IMG/VR virus record: IMGVR_UViG_3300011268_001497 | Location: 1 to 64,000 of that record | DNA length: 64,000 bases | Source: a virus | Reading direction: 5' to 3' (one strand) | Shown here: piece after piece, positions 57,250 through 64,000 of the stretch | How positions within the stretch are numbered: position 1 is the stretch's first letter | Layout: every line of letters begins with the position of its first letter | Position numbers and translations under genes: made by a program | The notes under the pieces: generated by a model | The model's input: the letters and a program-made list of their open reading frames with translations, nothing else | Databases searched by the model: none | Told to the model about the DNA's origin: nothing

Positions 57250-57543
57250 GTGGCAGCTAAAGGACGGACGGCAAAGTTTTACGCTTCGAATCCTGAGGCG
57301 TATAAAAAGAAGCTGGCCTACGATAAAAAGAGAAATGCAAGGCCTGACCGCAAGGAATATAGAGCTGAATTAGCTAAAGAAAGAAGAGCTCGTGGAATCA
57401 TGGGCAAAGGCGGGAAGGATGTTAGTCATACCGCTGGCGGCGGATTCAAGCTTGAAGATCCCAGCAAGAATAGAGCTAGAAATGGCCATGGCAATAATGG
57501 TCGATTAGCGCCAGGCAAAGGTACTAGAAAGGCGAAGAAGTAA
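57250..57543 (+). CDS. hypothetical basic protein (97 aa)
   Basis: GTG start; FYASNPEAYKKKLAYDKKRNARPDRKEYRAELAKERRARG...GKDVSH; resembles a small family I recall from marine phages (not verified). Confidence 0.5.
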   Translation: MAAKGRTAKFYASNPEAYKKKLAYDKKRNARPDRKEYRAELAKERRARGIMGKGGKDVSHTAGGGFKLEDPSKNRARNGHGNNGRLAPGKGTRKAKK

Positions 57544-57617
57544 GATTGACCTGTTTGAGTTGCTTAAAAAGGATACAAGGGCCGTATAAGGAATACTAGT
57601 CTAGCTTTTTTCGGTTG

Positions 57618-59021
57618 ATGCCAGCCCCAGCTAATCGCGCTAAGATTCAGCTTGCCAGGGGTAATTATGCTAATATTGCTGCAGGCATTGCCGATCTCGT
57701 TGATGGCGAACTCTGTTACGCAAGAGACCAGAATAAGCTTTATATTTTAAGTAATAACAACTTAACTCCCATATCGTCTGACGGTAGCGGTGGGGGTAGT
57801 ATTGATCCTGCTTATCTGCTTGAAACAATTCAAGATGCGATTGGCAGCAGTATTACGGCTGGCACAAATATTACTGTTTCGTATAACGATACAACTGGTA
57901 AGACCACAATTAATTCCACGGCCTCCGGAACGGGTGGGTCGACAAATCTTGATGGATTAACAGATGTACAAATCCAGTCTGTCTTAAATAATCAGATTTT
58001 AAGATACGACTCAGCTACGGCGCAGTGGAAGAACGTAACCCCAAACTACTTAACATCTGTTTCAGCATCTAATCTGAATTCGATTTCAGTCAATGCTTTA
58101 GCTGATGTTGACACTGTCAGCTCTGCTCCCCAGTCGGGAAATGTGCTGTCATGGAATGGTACGAACTGGGTTCCGTATTCTATTCCCGCTGACTCCGACA
58201 CATTACACACTGTAACCGGCAGAGGATCAAGTACAACTAATAACATTACCGTCGGCAAGGCATTCTTCAAGAATACATACAATAACATTGGGGATCTTCC
58301 TAGTGCGTCTGCCAACACGGGCATGTTTGCCGAGGTTGCAGCGACAGGTAAGGCTTATTATTCAACTGGTGGAGCCTGGGTTGAGCTTCATAGTGGTATA
58401 CACAACTTAAACGATCTTGGTGACGTTGATGTTACTTCAACGCTTCCCGAGAACAACGATGTCCTTGCTTATGATCAAGCGACATCAAGCTGGAAGTCAA
58501 AAGGGTTCTCAATTGATGGTCTGACAGATGTTGACACAACATCAAGTTCTCCGATCACCAATAATCTGCTGAAGTATAACGGCACTAAATGGGTGCCAAG
58601 TGATATCAGCATCAATAACTTGAATGATGTTGACACTGCTTCTGTAGCACCGAACAGTGGCGATGTACTCAAGTACAATTCACTGACTGGACAATGGGTT
58701 CCTGGGCCTGCGCCGTCGGCTTCCGTTGTCTTAGTTCCCGATGCGCCTAGCGATGGCGTTCATTACCTGAGACTTAATAATTCATGGGTCTCCCTGGTAG
58801 CCGCCTTGGCGGAGTTGGGTATTGATGCTGGACAGGCTGCAGCTTCGCCGCCGGCAGTAAATACTTCAACTTCTACAACTACAGGTTCTAGTGGTACTGT
58901 CGGTACATATGTTCCAGAAGCACCTGATGATGGCGGAGCGTATGTCAGAAAGAATTCAACTTGGATGACGCTTCAATCGGCATTGGCTGAAATTGGTATA
59001 GATGCAGGCACAGTAACCTGA
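57618..59021 (+). CDS. tail fibre protein with ~32-aa repeats
   Basis: ORF 57615..59021 (TTG), ATG at 57618; N-terminal IQLARGNYANIAAGIADLVDGELCYARDQNKLYI; five repeats of L.DVD..S..P..G.VL.YN...W. Confidence 0.65.
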   Translation: MPAPANRAKIQLARGNYANIAAGIADLVDGELCYARDQNKLYILSNNNLTPISSDGSGGGSIDPAYLLETIQDAIGSSITAGTNITVSYNDTTGKTTINSTASGTGGSTNLDGLTDVQIQSVLNNQILRYDSATAQWKNVTPNYLTSVSASNLNSISVNALADVDTVSSAPQSGNVLSWNGTNWVPYSIPADSDTLHTVTGRGSSTTNNITVGKAFFKNTYNNIGDLPSASANTGMFAEVAATGKAYYSTGGAWVELHSGIHNLNDLGDVDVTSTLPENNDVLAYDQATSSWKSKGFSIDGLTDVDTTSSSPITNNLLKYNGTKWVPSDISINNLNDVDTASVAPNSGDVLKYNSLTGQWVPGPAPSASVVLVPDAPSDGVHYLRLNNSWVSLVAALAELGIDAGQAAASPPAVNTSTSTTTGSSGTVGTYVPEAPDDGGAYVRKNSTWMTLQSALAEIGIDAGTVT

Positions 59022-59052
59022 TCAGGAATACTAGAACAGCTCAATCCGGCCA

Positions 59053-59490
59053 ATGCCCCTTTCATCTGGACGAATAAAAGTCAAGATTTTAAGGGGCACT
59101 TACAACGCTATCGCGAGCTCTGTCGCAAGTCTTTCCGATGGAGAGCTTTGCTACGCAACTGATCAAAATAGACTTTATATAGTCGAGGGTACGACCCTCA
59201 CAAGTCTTGATTATACGGTTGATTCAGACTTAATCGAAAAGGTCCAAGATGTAATTGGATCTTCGATTGTTGCTGGATCCGGTATTAGCGTAAGCTATAA
59301 TGACAGCTTAGGACAAATAACAGTTGGCTATAATGGGACCAATGGAATTACTCAGCTTGCTCAAGCCACTGATGTCGATGTAAGCGCAAAGACAGATAAA
59401 AGCGTGCTTGTCTACGATCAGTCTGCTGGCAAGTTTGTTGCAAATTCAGCGAACACAGTTATAACACTTACCGACGGCGGAAATTTCTGA
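59053..59490 (+). CDS. short tail fibre paralogue (145 aa)
   Basis: N-terminus IKVKILRGTYNAIASSVASLSDGELCYATDQNRLYIVEG is close to that of 57618..59021. Confidence 0.55.
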   Translation: MPLSSGRIKVKILRGTYNAIASSVASLSDGELCYATDQNRLYIVEGTTLTSLDYTVDSDLIEKVQDVIGSSIVAGSGISVSYNDSLGQITVGYNGTNGITQLAQATDVDVSAKTDKSVLVYDQSAGKFVANSANTVITLTDGGNF

Positions 59491-59540
59491 AAAGTCGTTA
59501 GGGTTATGGAAATATATTATGGCGCCCATTAGCTGTTTTC

Positions 59541-61118
59541 ATGGCCAACACTTTACGGATCAAAAGAAGAGTCAGCGGTAACGCTGGCGCTCCAACCTCA
59601 CTTGCGAATGCAGAATTAGCCTTTAACGAGGTCGATTCTACACTTTATTATGGACAAGGCACAGGTGGTGCTGGTGGTACTGCATCTAGCGTAATTGCAA
59701 TTGCAGGTCCTGGCACATTCGTAACCAAGTCTGGTGCTCAAACCGTTGATGGCAACAAGACTTTTACCGGTACTGTAGACCTTAGCGGTGCAAGCGTCAG
59801 TGGATTTACTGCTGGCGGCAATGTTACCGTTACCGGCAATCTGACAGTCGAAGGCACCACTACTTCGGTGTCGTCTGTTAACCTCGAAGTCGAAGACAAG
59901 AATATCGAGCTCGGCAAAGTTGCCACTCCGACTGACACTACTGCTGCCGGCGGTGGTATCACCCTTCTTGGCGCTTCGAACAAGACCTTCCGCTGGTTGG
60001 ACGGTACAGATGCTTGGACATCTTCCGAGAATCTTGACCTGGAAAATGGCAAGAGCTACTACGTTGATGGCGCTGAAGTCCTGAGCAAGACCGCTCTGGG
60101 TTCTGGCGTGGTTGATTCGAGCCTGACTTCGGTCGGGACGATTGATACCGGTGTGTGGCAAGGTTCGACCATCGCGGTGGGTTATGGCGGTACTGGCCTT
60201 ACTGGCTCTTATGCCAATGGCGAACTGCTGATTGGTAACGCTTCGGGAGGCCTGAGCAAGTCGACCCTTACCGAGGGTTATGGCATCAGCATCACCAACG
60301 ACAGCGGCGCAATCACCATTGCTGCTACTGGCGTTCTGTTTACTGCTGATGACGGTCTGTCGCTGACCGGCGAATCGCTGAACCTTGATCTCAAGGCCAA
60401 CGGCGGTGCTGTGATTGAAAGCGGCAAGCTGGCGATTGATCTCGGTGCTTCCAGCCTGACTGGCACTCTGGCAGTGGGCGATGGTGGTACTGGCGCTACC
60501 GACGCCTCTGGTGCTCGCACCAACCTGGGCCTGGTTATCGGTACCGACGTTCAGGCTTACGACGCTAACATTGTTAGCGATGGCAGCTATGTCCATACCG
60601 ACGAGAACTTCACTAGCTCCCACAAATTGAAGCTGGAAGGGATTGAACCTGGGGCTGAAGTCAACGTCCAGTCTGACTGGAATGCAGAGGGCGGTGATGC
60701 CTATATCGCCAACAAGCCGTCACTCGGCACTGCCGCTGCACAGGACAGCACCGCCTTCGCCACTGCGGCTCAGGGCCTGCTTGCCGACTCTGCTCTGCAG
60801 CCCGGTGACATTGGCAGCAGCGTTCAGGCCTACGACGCTCAGCTGGACACTCTGTCTGGAATGGCTTCTGGCGCTGCCAGCGCTCTTGCACTGCTGACCC
60901 AGTCTGAAGTCGAGATCCTCGACGGCGCAGTTGTTACAACTGCTGAGCTGAACATTCTGGATGGCGGTACCAGCGCTACTGCCACAACTCTGGCTCTTAG
61001 CGACCGTATGGTTGTGAACGATGCCGGCACCATGGTGCAGGTAGCCCTGGAAGATCTGGTGAGCTTCTTCGAAGACGGCAGCGCTTCTGGTTTCAGCCTC
61101 GACGGTGGTGAGTTCTGA
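59541..61118 (+). CDS. tail fibre protein, Gly/Thr/Ala-rich
   Basis: 525 aa; N-terminus LRIKRRVSGNAGAPTSLANAELAFNEVDSTLYYGQG; strong G/C-ending codon bias. Confidence 0.65.
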   Translation: MANTLRIKRRVSGNAGAPTSLANAELAFNEVDSTLYYGQGTGGAGGTASSVIAIAGPGTFVTKSGAQTVDGNKTFTGTVDLSGASVSGFTAGGNVTVTGNLTVEGTTTSVSSVNLEVEDKNIELGKVATPTDTTAAGGGITLLGASNKTFRWLDGTDAWTSSENLDLENGKSYYVDGAEVLSKTALGSGVVDSSLTSVGTIDTGVWQGSTIAVGYGGTGLTGSYANGELLIGNASGGLSKSTLTEGYGISITNDSGAITIAATGVLFTADDGLSLTGESLNLDLKANGGAVIESGKLAIDLGASSLTGTLAVGDGGTGATDASGARTNLGLVIGTDVQAYDANIVSDGSYVHTDENFTSSHKLKLEGIEPGAEVNVQSDWNAEGGDAYIANKPSLGTAAAQDSTAFATAAQGLLADSALQPGDIGSSVQAYDAQLDTLSGMASGAASALALLTQSEVEILDGAVVTTAELNILDGGTSATATTLALSDRMVVNDAGTMVQVALEDLVSFFEDGSASGFSLDGGEF

Positions 61119-61198
61119 TTTAAATAGGTAAACTTATGGGGGTCTTGTTTCTACAAGGCCCTTTTAAACCCTGCTACATAGCAAACAAAGGGAGCCAC

Positions 61199-61456
61199 AT
61201 GGCTAACACGATCAAAATACGCCGTAGCGGCGTTCCGGGAAAGGTCCCAACTGCCAGCGATCTGCAGTTGGGCGAGCTTGGATTAAATTATTACGACGGC
61301 AAGCTCTATACCAAGAAATCTGTCAGCGGTGTCGAAAGTATCGTCGAACTAAGCGGAGGCAGTTCAGGCGGGGGATTGTTGAACGAGATCGATGGGGGGA
61401 GTTCAGCAAGCGTCTTTACAACCGGCATGACAATTCTTGATGGAGGTGCAGCCTGA
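61199..61456 (+). CDS. short fibre-module protein (85 aa)
   Basis: ORF 61136..61456, ATG at 61199 preceded by AAAGGGAG; MANTIKIRRSGVPGKVPTASDLQLGELGLNYYDGKLYTK. Confidence 0.5.
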   Translation: MANTIKIRRSGVPGKVPTASDLQLGELGLNYYDGKLYTKKSVSGVESIVELSGGSSGGGLLNEIDGGSSASVFTTGMTILDGGAA

Positions 61457-64000
61457 TGTCTGTTCGTATTCAACTGCGCCGTGACACGGCAGCCAACTGG
61501 ACTGCGACAAACCCCACACTGACGCAGGGAGAGCCCGGCTACGAAACTGACACGGGCAAAATCAAGTACGGCGACGGCACAACGGCGTGGAACAGCCTGA
61601 GTTACGCCACAACCGGAGGAAGCTCGGGAGGATCATCCCGGCAGATCGGTGAAGTTATTCAAAGCTACGCCACGCCGAGCGGCGGAACTTGGTTGGAGCC
61701 TGGCGGAAAGTATCTGAAGGCGAGCTACCCAGAACTCGCCAGCGCCATGGGATCAATTCCTGATTTTGGGGACTCTGCACCACATCAGAACGCGCTGCCT
61801 CACTACTGGCAAGGACATAATACAGCAAACAACTTTACCTTCAGTTGCTACAAATATGCAACAGACGGCACCACACACGTTCTCGCAGCCCATGGAGGCA
61901 TACTTTCATCTTCAGACGGCGTAAATTGGACGATCAGGCCCATTTCAGCAAGCCCGAACACCGTCCCGCCGCAGATAAACGAAGTTAGGTATCTAAACGG
62001 CAGCTTCATTGCTGTAAATGCCAACGGAAGTGTATTCCATAGCTCGGACGGCGTAAGTTGGACATCCATGTTCCTGGCTGAAGCCTTCTCGCTTAAGTCG
62101 ATTGCATATGGAAATGGCAGATACGTTATCGTCGGCTATAGCAGCCGCATCTATTCGGCAACATCCGTAAATGGCGAATGGACTAGACAGGATCCAAGAA
62201 CACAAAGCTCGCGAGAAATTCATAGGGTAATCTACGCAAACGGGATTTTTGTTGCGGTAGGAAGCAGCTATCTAGCAACTTCTCCAGATGGGATCACATG
62301 GACGAATGTCAGTGAATCATTCGGGACATTTCAGGACATAGCCTACGGGGCCGGCCTATTCGTTGCAGTCGGCAGTTCTGGAACCTGTCGAACTTCATCA
62401 GACGGAATAACCTGGACATCTAGAACGATTCAAAGCTCTACGTCATTTGAGCAGATCATTTTTGCAAACGGCAAGTTTGCAGTAGTCGGCAATGGTAATT
62501 CAGCCGGGCACTTCTTTACCTCGACAGACGGGATAACCTGGACGGTTGCATCAACTCCGCTTACTGGGGGACTGTCAACTATCGGCCTAAGGTGTCTAAC
62601 ATGGACCGGGACTGAGTACGTTTGCGCGGGCGATCAGGGTCGCTGGCTTACTTCGCCTGATGGTGTAACTTTCACTATAAACGTCGATACTTCACTTACC
62701 GCCTTTCATAGCGTCTTCGTTGCAGGCTCCACGAAGGTATTTGTTGGAGTCGACGCGACATCAAAAGTTTCTGCGGACGGATCTCGGTCTGTGCTTTCGC
62801 AACAAAACTGGGCGCTGGCAAATTATGGATTGGAAAACAGTATTGCACACAATGGATCTAATCTTTATGCTTTTGTAACTAATTCGACAATTCTAACTTC
62901 CAGCGACGGCAACAACTGGACAAAAGCTTACGATATCAACCTGGCGTCAAGCACGCTTCACGGCGTCTGGTTCTTGAATGGTCTATGGCTAACTGTCAGT
63001 CGAACAGGAACGATATACACTTCGTCTGATGGGATTTCATGGACTAGACGACTGTTACTAGCGGCTACAGCAAATGACCATCTAATCGCCTATGGTAATG
63101 GCTATTATGTAATGACAGGCGGTTCAAATGCTTACTGGAGCACCGATGGAATTACGTGGAGTGCAGCGGTTTCGCTAGGTGGCATCACTATTGCCGATCT
63201 TATCTTTGCAGGCGGCCAGTTTGTCATCGTTGGAAACGGAGCCGGAGGGGCTCGGACAGCGACAAACCCAGCGACGTGGACTACTCCTACTGTTTCAATT
63301 ATTAGTTCGCACATAGTCAATAACAAGATTTCCTACCTGAACGGCTTATACTTTATCTCAACTCATACCGGTCGCATTTATACATCTCCTGATGCAATCA
63401 CTTGGACGGAGCGTGTGTCCGCAGGTGCATTAACCATCCATAAGGTTGTATGGACAGGATCGGCCTACGTCACAGGCGGTCAATCAGGCTTAATATTAAC
63501 ATCTCCTGATGGAATCACTTGGACGAACCGAACGATTAACTATAACGCCAACATCGCTCAGATTCAGTCGCTAGGGACTAAGGTTATTGCAAGCCACAAC
63601 GCTCTATATGGACCGCTTGTTTCAAGCGATAATGGATTAACTTGGAGCAATCCATTGCTTTATAACACGACAAATCAGGGTGGTTGCTCGGTTGTTAATA
63701 ACACTGCGTTCCATCGCTTTAGCGCGTCGTCGGTAGGCGCTATTTATTCATCCAGCGATGGAGTAGAGTGGAAGGTTGCAGCAAACGTTCCTCCAAAGTA
63801 CGACACTGTAGTCAGATTTGAAAAACTTAATAATCTCTATTTTATCGCTCACGGAACGGGAGTCTCAGTCTCTTCGGATGCTGTTAGTTGGACTTTCATA
63901 GATAGCCTGCCGGCACCGATTACATCAACAACTTCCACAGTCTTTTTCGCTTATGGCGGGGGCACTTATATGGCTATTTTCTATGGAAATCAAAATGAAT
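61456..64000 (+). CDS. large tail fibre / receptor-binding protein with Asp-box (BNR) repeats, 3' end outside the window
   Basis: Not in the ORF track because no stop is reached; hand translation is stop-free from ATG 61456 to 64000; N-terminus MSVRIQLRRDTAANWTATNPTLTQGEPGYETDTGKIKYGDGTTAWNSL; about 15 repeats of S.DG..W (SSDGVNWT, SPDGITWT, STDGITWS...) alternating with YGNG.YV.VG-type strands. Confidence 0.75.
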   Translation, partial: MSVRIQLRRDTAANWTATNPTLTQGEPGYETDTGKIKYGDGTTAWNSLSYATTGGSSGGSSRQIGEVIQSYATPSGGTWLEPGGKYLKASYPELASAMGSIPDFGDSAPHQNALPHYWQGHNTANNFTFSCYKYATDGTTHVLAAHGGILSSSDGVNWTIRPISASPNTVPPQINEVRYLNGSFIAVNANGSVFHSSDGVSWTSMFLAEAFSLKSIAYGNGRYVIVGYSSRIYSATSVNGEWTRQDPRTQSSREIHRVIYANGIFVAVGSSYLATSPDGITWTNVSESFGTFQDIAYGAGLFVAVGSSGTCRTSSDGITWTSRTIQSSTSFEQIIFANGKFAVVGNGNSAGHFFTSTDGITWTVASTPLTGGLSTIGLRCLTWTGTEYVCAGDQGRWLTSPDGVTFTINVDTSLTAFHSVFVAGSTKVFVGVDATSKVSADGSRSVLSQQNWALANYGLENSIAHNGSNLYAFVTNSTILTSSDGNNWTKAYDINLASSTLHGVWFLNGLWLTVSRTGTIYTSSDGISWTRRLLLAATANDHLIAYGNGYYVMTGGSNAYWSTDGITWSAAVSLGGITIADLIFAGGQFVIVGNGAGGARTATNPATWTTPTVSIISSHIVNNKISYLNGLYFISTHTGRIYTSPDAITWTERVSAGALTIHKVVWTGSAYVTGGQSGLILTSPDGITWTNRTINYNANIAQIQSLGTKVIASHNALYGPLVSSDNGLTWSNPLLYNTTNQGGCSVVNNTAFHRFSASSVGAIYSSSDGVEWKVAANVPPKYDTVVRFEKLNNLYFIAHGTGVSVSSDAVSWTFIDSLPAPITSTTSTVFFAYGGGTYMAIFYGNQNE

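Noticed and set aside
59616-60623. 335-aa minus-strand ORF (and 59738..60052, 60278..60523) inside the fibre gene 59541..61118
   Set aside because: Same artefact as the capsid antisense ORF: antisense frames of a GGY/GCY/ACY-rich gene stay open. The + strand ORF has the conserved fibre N-terminus.

Overview
This 64-kb window reads as one contiguous piece of a tailed, siphovirus-like cyanophage genome. All calls come from reading the sequence and the ORF track; no searches were run.

Gene layout:
- 0.3-10.1 kb (+ strand): terminase small and large subunits, a sigma-70-family factor, a DnaG-type primase, a single-subunit (class II-like) ribonucleotide reductase, dCTP deaminase and a portal candidate.
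- 10-18 kb: small accessory genes. They include a three-tRNA cluster (Arg-TCT, Met-CAT, Leu-TAA) bracketed by two paralogous HNH endonuclease genes, a mini NrdR-like zinc-ribbon protein, a secreted RlpA-like protein, a minus-strand tRNA-Thr and an SPFH-like protein.
- 18.2-27.9 kb: mostly leftward small early-type genes.
- 29.4-30.5 kb: an intact psbA (D1).
- 30.5-35 kb: small rightward ORFs.
- 35.3-35.8 kb: a lone minus-strand metallophosphoesterase next to a tRNA-like element.
- 35.8-64 kb: the structural block. It holds a lambda-type G/GT tail chaperone with a GGGAAAG -1 slippery site, an inserted HNH gene, a tail tube candidate, a 1557-aa tape measure, large tail proteins (one with thrombospondin-type Ca-binding repeats, one with a subtilisin S8 domain), scaffold, HK97-like capsid, and a family of fibre paralogues. 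The last fibre is an Asp-box (BNR) repeat protein that runs off the window.

The most unusual content is non-coding:
1. A bidirectional array of small-gene cassettes at 21.2-27.9 kb. It is built from a repeated 32-41 nt element (GAyCGTGA...TCACGmTC, 9 copies), GC hairpins with A/T runs, and a near-identical leader (GTCCCAAGGGA-N4-TCCC immediately before the start codon, about 10 copies).
2. Two segments with mirrored, extreme strand-composition skew flanking that array. 20390-21228 is an ~0.8-kb ORF-free stretch almost free of G on the + strand. 27895-29350 (~1.45 kb) is almost free of C on the + strand, and only its left ~0.75 kb lacks convincing genes. Each contains canonical G-quadruplex motifs on its G-rich strand.
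3. AT-rich blocks with iteron-like direct repeats and perfect palindromes at 20.5 and 21.0-21.2 kb, which look like an origin of replication.

No CRISPR array, integrase, reverse transcriptase or transposase is visible. Functional names rest on motifs I recognise in the translations. Starts of small ORFs and all RNA-structure and function hypotheses are provisional.
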